Assembly (NCBI RefSeq): GCF_030028105.1
Contig: NC_092391.1
Coordinates: forward strand, 30,105,223-30,169,222
From: Mobula birostris
Taxonomy: Eukaryota
Direction of reading: 5' to 3'
Length of the DNA stretch: 64,000 bases
A program made the translations under genes and the position numbers. This document shows positions 49,358 to 61,280 of this stretch, one piece after another (the first letter of the stretch is position 1; every line of letters begins with the position of its first letter). The notes under the pieces were generated by a model. It did not search any database. It worked only from the letters and a program-made list of their open reading frames with translations, and was not told the DNA's origin.

Positions 49358-51108
49358 ATCGATTACAGTATATGTGTATTGAATAGATTAAAAATCGTGC
49401 AAAAACCGAATTAATATATATATTTAAAAAGTGAGGCAGTATTCATGAGTTCAATGTCCATTTAGGAATCGGATGGCAGAGGGGAAGAAGCTGTCCCTGA
49501 ATCACTGAGTGTGTGCCTTCAGGCTTCTGTACCTCCTCCCTGATGGTAACAGTGGGAAAAGGGCATACCCTGGGTGTTGGGAGTCCTTCATAATGAATGC
49601 TGCCTTTCTGAGACACTGCACCTTGAAGATGTCCTGGGTACTTTGTAGGCTAGTACCCAAGATTTAGTCGTGCCAACTAAATTTACGACCTTCTGCAGCT
49701 TCTTTCAGTCCTGTGCAAAAGCCACCCCCGAATACTAGACAGTGATGCAGCCTGTCAGAATGCTCTTCATGGTACATCTATAGAAGTTTTTGAGTATTTT
49801 TGTTTACATACCAAATCTCTTCAAACTCCTAATGAAGTATAGATGCTATCTTGCCTTCTTTATAACTATATCGATATGTTGGGATCAGGTTAGATCCTCA
49901 GAGATCTTGACACCCTGGAAGTTGAAACTGCTCACTCTCTCCACTTCTGATCCCTTTATGAGGATTGGTATGTGTTCCTTCATCTTATCCTTCCTGAAGT
50001 CCACAATCACCTCTTTCGTCTTATTGATGTTGAGTACAAGGTTGTTGCTGCGACACCACTCCACTAGTTGGTATATCTCACTCTTGTATCCCCTCGCATC
50101 TCCATCTGAGATTCTACCAACAATGGTTGTATCATCAGCATATTTATAGATGGTATTTGAGCTATGCCTAGCCACACAGCCTTGGGTATAGAAAGAGTAA
50201 AACAGTAGGCTAAGCACACACCCTTGAGGTGCACCAGTGTTGATCATCAGAGAGGAGGAGATGTTATCACCAATCCACACAGATTGAGGTCTTCCGGTTA
50301 GGAAATCGAGGATCCAATTGCAGAAGGAGGTACAGAGGCTCAGGTTCTGTAACTTATCAATCAGGATTGTGGAAATGATGGTGTTAAATGCTGATCTATA
50401 GTCAATGAACAGCATCCTTTCATAGGTATTTGTATTGTCCAGGTGGTCTAAGGCCGTGTGAAGAGCCATTGAGATTATGTCTGCCATTGACCTACTGTGG
50501 CGATAGGCAAATTGCAGTGGGTCCAGGTCCTTGCTGAGGCAGGAGTTCAGTCTAGTCATGATCAACCTCTCAAAGCATTTCGTCACTGTAGATGTGAGTG
50601 CTACTGGGCGATAGTCATTAAGACAGCTCACAATATTTTTCTTAGGCGCTGGTATAATTGTTGTCTTTTTGAAGCAAGTGGTAACTTCTGCCTGTAGCAA
50701 TGAGAGATTGAAAATGTTCTTGAATACTCCTGCCTGTTTGTTGGCACAAGTTTTCAGAGCCTTACCAGGTGCTCCATCAGGGCCTTCCACCTTGCGAGGG
50801 TTCACCCTCTCTAAAGACAGCCTAACATCGGCCTCCGAGACAGAGATCACTGGGTGTAGCAGAGATCTTCACAGCTGTAGTTATATTCTCCCTTTCAAAG
50901 TGGGCATAGAAGGCATTGAGTTCATCTAGTGAAGCATCGCTGACATTCATGCTATTGGGTTTCGCTTTGTAGGAAGGAATGTCTTACAAACCCTGCTAGA
51001 GTTGTCGTACATCCGATGTCACCTCCAACCTTGTTCGAAATTGCCTCTTCACCCTTGAAATAGCCCTCTGCAAGTCATACCTGATTTTCAGGTACAGACC
51101 TAGGTCGA
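49238..51108 (-). mobile_element. Rex1/Babar LINE, 5'-truncated, with RT domain
   Basis: ORF 49885..50850 (321 aa): LNDYRPVALTS...KCFERL, DPLQFAYR, LFIDYRSAFNTI, TGAPQGCVLS, YADD, LNINKTKE; tail cagaatcagaatcagg; (aaat)n at ~49325-49359. Confidence 0.93.
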
Positions 51109-52440
51109 CATTTATTCTGATAAAGAGGGCTCAAATGGCACACATGAGATTATTAAGCATCCAGTTGTTTCAGACTTGTTCACTCACATTTTATACCTTC
51201 CTTCTGACTTCTACAGATGAGACAAAAGATTAAATAAACTCCAGACAATTGGGATTCAGTGATCTTTGGGACATCTCCATCTTTTTTAATCTAGTATTTC
51301 ACTGGCTTACATGTCACTGAACCTTGTAAAAACATAGGGTCCAACATGATGAAAATTGAAGTGGAGTTTGTGTGGGCCAAGCTGATTAAAATTTCTGCTG
51401 TTAAACATAAATTTAAAAATATTTAATCTGAAGAGACTTATTGAATGCAAACAGCTCTAAGGTCCAGTCATATTAAGAAACTTTTAATCTACTAACCTAT
51501 TGATTCCACTTGTGATAACATAACTTTTGTTATTCTTGTCCATCCACTGAATTGAAGTGGGGCCATGGCTGGTTTGTTCACAGGAGGTCTTCATGTTGGA
51601 ATGGTGGAAATAGAGAGGACAGGTGATCAAGGAAACACCACACAGAGATTACTGTCCCTACTTCAGCATAATTCCAAGACTCCCCACTCCTTAGTCAAAA
51701 AAATGTCAAAAACTAAACAAAAATGTTGCAACGGTATAAAATTAGTGTTATAAAACTAAGTTTGAAAACATTTCCAGATTAGACAAATGTTGTTACACTT
51801 TGCACTCTTAAAGTTCCCTTTGAGGGGAGTGGAGAATTTTGAAAGAAAGTTTAGAATCATTTCCCATTTTTTTTCCTTGGTAATAATCTCATTTATTATT
51901 TCCCCAGGTCTGCGAACCCCCAGCTCCAGCTCAGCATTAACTATAGTTGCTACTCATCCTATCCTAAAGTGGATTAACATCCCATTGGTTTAAAAATATT
52001 GAATGTTAAATTGAAGTAAGAGCACATTAAGTGCTTGTTCATGAACTTAATGGGTTGAAAACTCTGCTGTCTGACGTCTTGTTTTTCCGATCCACACTGG
52101 TAAATATGAGCAATCCTTCCAAGCTAAACAGGCAACTGCAGAAGATTTAGATAGTGTAGGCAGAAAGGGTAAATTTCTGGCACTGTGTTTCAGGCAGGAA
52201 GCTAAACCCACTGGCAGGACATATCAAAATTCACACACCAATGCCAATGGTTTTCCAAACACTAATTTTAAACAGAAGTAGAAAATTACTCTTAGAGCTC
52301 AATGACACCTACTAAAATTGAAAATTTACACCAAAAGCTTAAAAGATCAGAAAAGACCAAGATGTATGCAAGTGAAAGGCATTTCCTAGAGTTTGTATTG
52401 CAGATAAATATTGCAACCAAAATGTCACTTTCTCTTGCTT

Positions 52441-52970
52441 ACACCCAGTGGCCACTTTATTATGTATACCTGTACACTTGCTTGTTAATGCAAATATCTA
52501 ATCAGCCAATCATGTGGCAGCAACATAATGCATAAAAGCATGCAGACATTGTCAAGAAGTTCTGCTGTTATTCTGACCAAATATCAGAGTGGGGAAGAAA
52601 TGTGATCTACGTGACTTTGACTGTGGAATGTTTGCTGATGTCGGACAGGTGCTTTGCCCATCTCAAAAACTGCTGACCTCCTGGGATCTACAAGCACAGC
52701 AGTCTCTAGAGTTTACAGAGAATAGAGCAATAAACAAAAATCATCTAGAGACCAGCAGTTCTGTGGGCAAAAACACCTTGTTAATGAGAGAGATCGGAGG
52801 AGAATGTCCAGGCTGGTTCAAGCTGACAGGAAGGCAACAGTAGCTCAAATAACCATGTTTTACAACAGAGGTGTGCAGAAACACATTGATCCTTGAAGTG
52901 ATTAGGCTACAGCAGCAGAAGATTACACCAGGTTTCACTTCTGTATCTAATAAAGTAGCCACGGAAAGTA
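52441..52970 (+). mobile_element. Internally deleted Tc1-like transposon (copy 3)
   Basis: TIRs cagtggccactttatta / taataaagtagccacg; ORF start GKKCDLRDFDCGM resembles a Tc1 transposase N-terminus. Confidence 0.85.
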
Positions 52971-53252
52971 TATTTCGAGCTAATAGCTGTAACTCCAGTG
53001 ATGCCAGAGTCACCTGCCTTGAGTAGAGTCTATCCTCACTTTTCCACTTTTGAGACAGAAAGTCCAGAGTCCATTTTGTCACCAATACTTTTACTTGCTG
53101 AAATGTTTGAATATTTTTTCCAGATCAGCACATTCCTCTTATTTGTTATGCTGATCAATTGTATGATAAAGCAAGGGACCTTATATTCTTACAATTTTCC
53201 ACTAAAGCCTTTTGACTGCTGCTTCTAACCCTTTTACCAAGTCTACTGTTTA

Positions 53253-53465
53253 ATTCTGGAGCAGCGAACAAAATGCGGGAGAGACTCAGTGGGTCAGGCA
53301 ATAAACATGGAGGAAAATGGACAGTTGATGTTTTGGGCCAAGATCACGCAAAGGGATTGAAACATTGACTGTCCATTTCCTCCATGCGCCCCCCCCCCCG
53401 CCATCGCTTAGGAACCCGCTGAGTTCCTCCAAATATTGTAGATTCCAGCATCTGTGGCTTCTTGT
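53253..53465. repeat. Palindromic Penelope-terminus doublet with a strong central hairpin
   Basis: catggaggaaaatggacagttgatgtttt (53306-53334) pairs with gaaacattgactgtccatttcctccatg (53359-53386). Confidence 0.8.
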
Positions 53466-53579
53466 GTATGCATTTTCTTTTCGTTTGATTCATTCCTGTG
53501 CATTTATTTGAAAATATCATGAATGCTTTGAAAAAATAGAATGGGACTGAACTGACTCGCCAAATGAAACAAACTCTCA

Positions 53580-53800
53580 CTCTAATCTCTTTTACAACCT
53601 GGTAATATCCAGAGGCACTTCCCAAGCAATGACTTCCTCTGGAAGTGCAGTCTCTATAGATAACATTTCTAAGCACTGTGTGGCAAGGCAAGCCATCTGG
53701 GATGGGTATAGAAAAAAATTGCGTCTTTGGGACAAGAGTACCATATCATCCACGAGAAATATACTCAGTTCTCTTTTTAAATTGAATGTTGCATAGGTAG
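53580..53800 (-). mobile_element. Highly degraded DeuSINE-like relic
   Basis: ttttacaacctgg...atccagaggcacttcccaagcaatga...gaagtgcagtctct resembles a reversed DeuSINE tail. Confidence 0.35.
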
Positions 53801-54018
53801 AGAGCAGCCAGACATTACCTGATAATGGAGTAGAAATGTGTTACTGAACTCAATGTGCTTTCATATTTATGATTCGTAGTGAAGCTCTTCTGCAAACAAA
53901 TAAATGATTAAATAAAGCGACATGGTGTTGGCAGGTGGATGTGCTATTTTGTCATTTTATGATCTAAGCTGTGCCTCTTGTGTCACACGCCTCAGTGGAT
54001 AAAAGCTCTTCAGAAGCA

Positions 54019-54043
54019 TCTAATGCACTTCCTTTCTTTACAG
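54019..54043 (+). promoter_or_regulatory. 3' splice site of the last PAPPA intron
   Basis: Branch-like tctaat at 54019-54024, pyrimidine tract cttcctttcttt and cag at 54041-54043, directly before the PAPPA-homologous codons. Confidence 0.88.
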
Positions 54044-54157
54044 GTCATTCCTTTCCCAATGTCTTGTGAACTTCATGGAGACTGTGCTTGCCGAGACCCC
54101 TCAGCTCAGGAGCACGGCAAACTGAGACGGCCACGCTTCTACCATGGACACCATTAG
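54044..54157 (+). CDS. PAPPA: Pappalysin-1 (PAPP-A) terminal coding exon, 37 aa plus stop
   Basis: Phase-0 translation after the acceptor ttcctttctttacag gives VIPFPMSCELHGDCACRDPSAQEHGKLRRPRFYHGHH*. 20 of the first 24 residues match the human PAPP-A C-terminus as I recall it (VTPFPMSCDLQGDCACRDPQAQEH...). FPMSC..GDCACRDP fits PAPPA rather than PAPPA2. Stop TAG at 54155-54157. Confidence 0.93.
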   Translation, partial: VIPFPMSCELHGDCACRDPSAQEHGKLRRPRFYHGHH

Positions 54158-57100
54158 CCGAGAGGAACCAGGAACTGCTAACAGCTGAAGGCAGACTGGA
54201 AGAGCCACACATTCCTTGCTGCTTAAAGGAGAAACCTCTCCAACCAGATACTCACAGAAACACACACACATACAAACACACAATTCGACTAGTCTGCCTT
54301 CTGTCTGAAGACTGGAGTGAGAGCAAAGAATAAAGACACAAACGACACAATGAATGAACAAACCCCAAGATAGCATGATTTATGCCTGCTAGATTGGCCT
54401 CTCCTGGCCAATCCTTTGCCCCACCCACCTTACTCCCAACAATACCGTCTCCCCAATCTATATTTTCTAAGGGTTACAAATACAATTGTCAAATCCAAAC
54501 ATAAAAATGTTTTCAGTAAAGTGAATAAAAATAATCCAGATACAACACAAAGATAATTGTGCATAGAACGATTAAAGAACAATTTACAGATAGAAAAAAA
54601 AGAATACGTATTTCTGAAAGGAAACAACTGTTAGCATGGCTGCTGTTGCTGCCCAATAACCAGCTACTCACACTGTAAGAGCAGGTTAACACCAAACCCA
54701 AACTTCAGTCTATCTGCCTTAAGCAAAACTTCAGCTTTGTTTTAAAACCCTTTGATTTCATCTCTTAATCTTTTCATTGAAAACAGATCCAGCCAAAAGA
54801 ATGAGCCAAATTGCAAGGAAATCAAAGCTGCTTGCACTCATTCTAATTGCTCTTTCCATGGAACACAATTTCAAACCAGAGGAGAATCAGACCAGTAAAA
54901 GGTAATTTTAGTGGATTGGTGTGAGGGTGTTATTGCCATTCCAGGGGTGTTGAATAATGGAATAAACATAACAAGAAGGGAAGCAAAAGCCCTTGAAACA
55001 ATTTTATCTGTGTCAAAAGGGGTTTTTTTTATCAGCAGTTGCTAAATCATTGGCCTTGCACACCTAAGGACTAACTTGCAAAACCAAATCTGGAAAGGAT
55101 AAAATCCAATGGTCAGAGCTGCTAGACACTCATTTTTACCATTTGATAATTCTAGTTGTCAACAAATGCTATTGTGTTGATTAAATTTAAGGGGAGTAAC
55201 AATTCAAGCTTTCAACTATACGAATAAAACCTGAAAAAAAACCGAAAAATCTGAAAGAAAATCAGCTTTTAAAAATATAACCTCAAGCAAACGCTGGTAA
55301 TCGTTTTAATAGTACCCGGTAGAGATATTTATGGAGGGAACAGCCTGGACCATGGTCACACAGAATCTTTCTGCAGAATAAATGGTGGGTTATACATAAA
55401 AAGCCAAACACTCTATCAACCTAAACAGAGTATGTACATCGAGCGACTTTAACTAGATCTGCAGCACACACCATCTAGATTTGTACTTAAGCATAATCCA
55501 ATATAAGATTACATATTCTGTCTGTGGGAGATAAAGAAACAGTATAAATAATGCATGCTGTATGGCGCTCAGTGTTTAGGGTCAAATATAATTATTGCCA
55601 TAAGGACACCGCATAGTTTTGTGGGCAGTTATGGAATAGAATCCAAAATGAGCAGAGAAAGTTAACAATGCTACTTTACTTACAAAATTTGCTAAATACT
55701 GTCCCACTGGCTTCTGAAAACTCTTAAAAAGTAGGAACTATTCATGAAGTGTCTCTGTTTCCCATGATTGCTTCTAAATTGAATTTCTTTTGAAGTAAGT
55801 GGAAGAGGTAGACTCCAACACAGCTGGGCTGGAGAACCTTATTTAAAAAAGAAACTGTACGATCCCCCTATTGAGAATGGCAAGCAAGTTTATAAGTACA
55901 AATGGTATAATAGAGGTTACTGCTATAAATACTCAGTGGAAAGTGACGAATCCTCATTTCCGTGCATGCAATGGACAGAAGCGTTCAACGGGCAGATGTC
56001 AGTACATCAGTGTTGAACCTTTGTAGTTATATTTGCAATCTACAATTGTTTGTAGCTTAACTTTCCTTGTGACCATTAGGTTGCCGATTTTATCCAATTA
56101 TTTCTGTATGTTTCATTCAGTGCAATGTTTCCAACTGGAGATGAACTAGAGTATGTCACAGTGTAGGAGAGATCACCATAAGCAGATATTTCCTTGCATT
56201 TGTGCCACTTCTGATATTAGTCTGGGATATATTTGCTTGCCTTAATAAGGGCATTAACCCATTGGATTGAAAATAGCTGCAGTGGTCTAACACACGAGTA
56301 TGGCAAATGGTATTCATAATCAATTTACAGCCTTTTAACACCAACTTTGCTGTAAATTCACAGGAAAAAGATAAAGTATCTCACAACTGAAGTCAATAGT
56401 TTGGGTAATATGGTTTCCAACTTCTTCAGCTTAGTCACAGAGTATTGCCAGCAGCTAATAAGGATCAGTTTCTGAACACAAAGAGCAAAATCCAATGACT
56501 TTTATGATGACACCAATATCCATTGAAAATTTAATGGACTCTGAATATCTGTTTAACAACAATCAGGTGGCATATACAAATCAATATCCCTGTAGTATAA
56601 ATGCAATCATATTGCCAACATGAATATTAATTTACATATTCTCAACAAGCTCGTGCAAAATTATTTTGCCCTTCCCGTACCAAAGTAGTTAATGAGTTTA
56701 AATGGGTTAGTGCCTTGGTTAAAAGAGTGGACAGCAACCTGAGACAAACATGTTTGGACATCGGTGCAGTGATATTTGTGATGTACCTCCACAACTGATG
56801 CTACAGTCATAATTATATCATGTAAGGTGAGGACGTATACACTAAAAGGAGAGGACAATGAGAGAAGGGTGCACATTTAGATTTTCATACCTATCTTACG
56901 TATTACTTCAGTGATAAGACAAAGTCTTGCTTTAGTTTAATCTTTATAACATAAGAGAAAAGTGAAAATTCAGAAACAGTATGACTCATGCTCTCATCCA
57001 GTTTTTTTTACATTCTATAATTATGACTCAAAACTTGCCAATAGACAGTATTTCCTCATAAACGAGCTGGTCAGAACCTCAGTGCTCATACTTTTTGCTG

Positions 57101-60100
57101 GTTAAGGTGTGTCAAAAAGTGGAACATGCCAATTTCAAAGGGACTTTAAAACGAGCCAAGCTACCTCCCATCTCTCTTCCATTTTGCCTGGTTGTAACTG
57201 TCGGTTCTTATCGGTTTTACCTGTGTTGTTTCAAATAAAGATTTCATGCTGCAAACACCTGACAGACATGGTTATGCAAACTGCATGAACCGAGATTGAG
57301 AAGACAAAAAGAATCTACCACAACATTAGGGTTTAGACAAAAAAAAACATAGTGCTCCATAGAATTTTGGTGTAGTCATGTCGTAATGTCTTGTCGATTT
57401 TTGTGCATAGTATTAGCTCCAGATAGAAAAAAAAGGAACGACTTTTTGACATTTAATTGTTTAAGTGTTTAAAGTGTTTATTTGTACTTTTGTTATAAAC
57501 TTTTTGCTTAATTGTATTTAATCAGTATTTTTATTGTGCTCAGTAACTGCATTTGGATTTTCTGTACAGTCATTTACAAAAGTCTACATCAATGTTTGTT
57601 TTTGAAAAGCTGCTAAGGTCAGACAGGTATTTTTTTTTGTATCTGATTCTATTTTAAATTTAAAATTTTTGTTTTCCGATGCTTCGCATATATAATATCT
57701 CATGCATTTAAACATTATTATTAAGGGGTGATTAGTTTAGCTATTATAGCAGCCAATTAAAAGGGACAATCAGGTGTAGGAAGCACAGATGGAAGAAATT
57801 CTGTAAAAGTTGGTATTGCAAGAGTTAATTCTTAGACTTCCAATCAAGCATTTTATGTGATGGTGAGATTTATTGGGAAGACCCTTGGCTTTTGCTAATT
57901 AATCACAAATATTTTGTTTTATATAATCAACAAAATTGTATTAAGATGATAGTTAATCGATATTTGCTTTTACTTTTGTTGTTATTTAACAGCATACAGA
58001 AATATTGCTGCTTTTAACAATGAAATATTTCAGTAATGGGAGGCAGATAAATTCAGTCTAAATACCGAAAACTGGTAATTGATTTAAGTACCAAGTCACA
58101 TTTGCTGGTGGGATATTTTCTCTCAAGTAAACTGGTCACTATAATATGTTTTAAAACATTCTCCACCACAACCAATCATTCTGAACAGAAGTTAAACTTA
58201 ACTTTCCAGAAAAATACATGAAGTCTTGGTTTCTGATTGATCATTTACCTGTCTGCATAATATAAGTCAAGCTGTGATTTCTTTGAGAGAGGAAATATTT
58301 TCATATGGTAACTGCCATTGTGAAAAACCTGGTATTTATTAGTCATACTTGTTGGGCACCTTATGGAAGTCATGAAAACAATAATCAAATGAAGTGCTGA
58401 AAAACGTTATAAGTGTAACAGTCTACTGTAATATCATATCTTTTGCTGTACCTCATGCCTGTAAACTAGCTGCTTTAATTTTTAGTTTAATTTAAATTTC
58501 CTAGCAATATATAAAGATGTAAATAGTAGAGTTATTTATTAAGAATGTCATCCATTTTTAATTTATATTTACACTTTATCATCTAAATTATTTTTACAAC
58601 TTTACAATTCCATTGTTACAGCCATTTTATTACCTTAATGGTATGACAGGATATGAAATCTACATGAGACATACACTGTACTCTTGTAGCTCCCTCATTT
58701 TCAAGTACAGAACATCTAACCACAATAAATTCAATGTAATGCATGCATCTGTGAAATGATTACCCTTGCCATTGCTGTGACTTTCATTTGGAGCTAAGGC
58801 TCCATACACCTCTGGAAATAGATTTGGACCAGCCAATGACCAAGTATCAATAGAGTTCAATTAACCAAGGATAAGATAATAACATTGGAAAAATGGCCTG
58901 AATTAGAGCTCTGTGGTGGGTGGGAGGGGGTGAATTAGAATGCAAACTTCAAGTATTGATGTTGAATGGTCAATATTGAACGGATGAAAGAGCTCTGGTG
59001 TGCAGGTTCTGCTGATAGACTCTACTACACATACCGGGCCGTGTTTATCCTTGATATCAAAAGCCATCCACGACTGAATTTGCCAGTTTTTAAATCATCC
59101 ATAGTTCAACAATAATCATTATGAAATCAATGCTTTGTCACTGTATTGCATGTGCAAATCTGCCAGTTAAAGTCCAGCAGTATAATTGCACTTGCTCACA
59201 CAGTTCTGCAGCATAGTAATGGTAATGTCTCTCACCCACAGGGTTTGCAGGACAAAGTTCCTCCTGAACTCCATCCAAAATATCCCGGACTTCATCCTGT
59301 GAGATGAAGAATGGTTCACCCCCAGTAGCTAGCTGCACTTAATCGCCACAGCATGTTCTATGCTGCCTTTTAAAGTGCATTTCCGCTGGAGAGTACACTT
59401 AGCATCACCAACCGAAGGTGAGCTTGCAGGCAAATGTTGTACTTTTTTGTTGGTCTTCGTTTCAGTGAAACAAATGCGTTTTGAGATATTAAAGCATCCG
59501 AGATCAATTTCAAAATAGCTTCTCTTGCAAGAAGAGTGTAAGAATAATTTGAACATATGGATGTCCCTGTTGTGGATAACATAATTTATAATAATCAGTA
59601 GCCTGATCTCAGTTTCCTAAAGCAGGAGTGAGAGAAGATGACGGGACCCTCTAAGCTAGCTCCCTGACTCAAGTTTATCTCCTTCCTTAGCTTCAGTTTC
59701 CCACCTGATCTCCAGTTCCCTTGATTTTCTATGGTTTCCTAAAAATTACATTAATCTTATCTTTAAACCTGATGAACTACAGAGCATCCAATGCCTCTGC
59801 GATGGAATCTTTTGATGATTCACCGCACTCTGCAGTTACAGTTTCCTCTTGCTGAGTGTCTGAAGTGTCCAACACTTCACCGTGAGACAATACCCCTTGT
59901 TCTGGACATTGCAGCCAATGAAAACAGTCTCCCAGCATCCATTCTGTTAAGTCACTTCAGAAACTTCTTTCATGGGTTCCAGTAAAATTACTTCTCATTC
60001 TTCTCATCGTCAGATATTACAGACCCAATCTACTCATCATTATAGAACCTCTTGAAGTTACCTGTAGGTACTTTATAATTACTTCCTCACACTATATATA

Positions 60101-60680
60101 AATATAAAAAAAATATGTGTATGCACAGCAATGGCAAAATGAATCAGAAGAGATTTGTAGTGAATGTTTTTTTAAAAAATAGTATTTTTTACCATCTGTT
60201 GTATGTAGTCACTGGTCCTGACAACCCAAAATTTAGCTGCTTTATTCCAGCATCAATCCAGATGCAAGAAACCATTGTCAGGTCTAGTGATCAGCAGCTG
60301 GCATTGAAGTACAAGGAGCTGTTTTAGTACAACTGGTGGTTAGAACAAGTGTCATCAGTTTTTCAATGGATCAAAGTTGACCATTGGCACTGTACTTTAA
60401 TACCATTATGGTGTTCAGAAAGCACTGGTAAATCGGTGGAATCCATTCCACTATCCCATACTCACAATGCACTGTGTTGGGCACTTACCACAAACATTTT
60501 TTTTTTGTTCTTTTGTACCGCTGCATATCTTATGTTGGTGCTCTGACTTTACACAACAAACATCTGTCTGGTGTACTGTATATTTGTTTCTCTGGAAATA
60601 ATTATTTCTTATGGATAAATAATGTCTCCTCCCTGTTATGTATTGGTTAGAAATAAACACTGGCTATATGAAGGAAAGTG
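54158..60680 (+). other. Probable long PAPPA 3' UTR
   Basis: TE density drops abruptly after the stop codon. AU-rich tracts and let-7, miR-101 and Pumilio-type motifs are present. The stretch ends in a well-formed polyadenylation context; the end point is inferred. Confidence 0.6.
59630..60040 (-). mobile_element. Old CR1 3' fragment, antisense, inside the probable UTR
   Basis: ccccttgttctggac...gaaaacagtctcccagcatccattctg...cttctcattcttct is the reverse of RMRS..I...DR.D...F...TRG-type CR1 sequence. Confidence 0.6.
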
Positions 60681-60720
60681 AAGGTGTGCTATACCTCGTT
60701 TATGAATTGTTTGTTTTTTC
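60570..60720 (+). terminator. Candidate distal polyadenylation site
   Basis: AATAAA at 60652-60657, upstream TGTA motifs (60572, 60577, 60639) and a downstream GT/T-rich tract at ~60705-60720. Other AATAAA hexamers (e.g. 58724-58729) could be alternatives. Confidence 0.5.
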
Positions 60721-61139
60721 TCAATCGGTGCCTGTTTAAGGTCACACATCTGCCATTACTGCTTTCCACCGATAGGTCCATTATTCAAAACAAGCTGTTT
60801 TCATCAAAAGTAGGGATGCCAATTTAGAGGTGAACAAGTGCTACGGTGTCCACTTAGTTTGAACAAATTCTGTCACACCTATCAAATTTGGAGCCAAAAG
60901 AAAAACAAAATCAAAGATGCTCTTCTACAGTACACTGAAGGAAAAGCTGTATAATGTATGGTCTACTGATCTATATAATTAGAAGCCTCCTGTCTTGTTG
61001 ACTGGTCTGCTTCATTGAAGAACCATGTCTCATAATGCCACTACAAAACAATCCAGTACATTTCACCCCAGTGAAGAAATAAGCAGCGGGAAAATACAGA
61101 TCAATCTTTTTTTTATATGTGCAGGTGGTGAAAGAATTG

Positions 61140-61280
61140 GTTGAAATAAAAATAAAATATGTTAGAAATGATCAGCAAATCAGGCTGCATCCAGTGAAGA
61201 GTTTCCACCTCGAAAGATGAACTGTTTTTCTTTGCATAGATGCAGCCTGATCTGCTGAGTGTTTTCAGAACTCTCTGTTT
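61140..61280. repeat. Palindromic Penelope-terminus doublet
   Basis: tcagcaaatcaggctgcatc ... gatgcagcctgatctgctga inverted arms. Confidence 0.7.

Larger units (their letters stand above)
1..54043 (+). other. Probable last intron of PAPPA (5' end outside the window)
   Basis: A manual scan found no sequence encoding the preceding LNR3 exon (PFMGDNYCD..NNRAFCNYDGGDCC) or the CTAGLKWYP exon. The region is dominated by TEs. Confidence 0.7.

Noticed and set aside
49885-50850. 321-aa reverse transcriptase ORF as a host gene or novel RT system
   Set aside because: Ordinary Rex1/Babar LINE RT, 5'-truncated, flanked by stops and a LINE tail.
54088-54333. 81-aa + strand ORF overlapping the PAPPA exon
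   Set aside because: It is in a different frame from the PAPPA-homologous one, has a non-ATG start, runs through a CA-rich tract and shows no recognisable homology.
59138-59582. Minus-strand ORFs as a possible last exon of the neighbouring gene ASTN2
   Set aside because: No resemblance to the astrotactin C-terminus as I recall it; the ORFs are short and in different frames.
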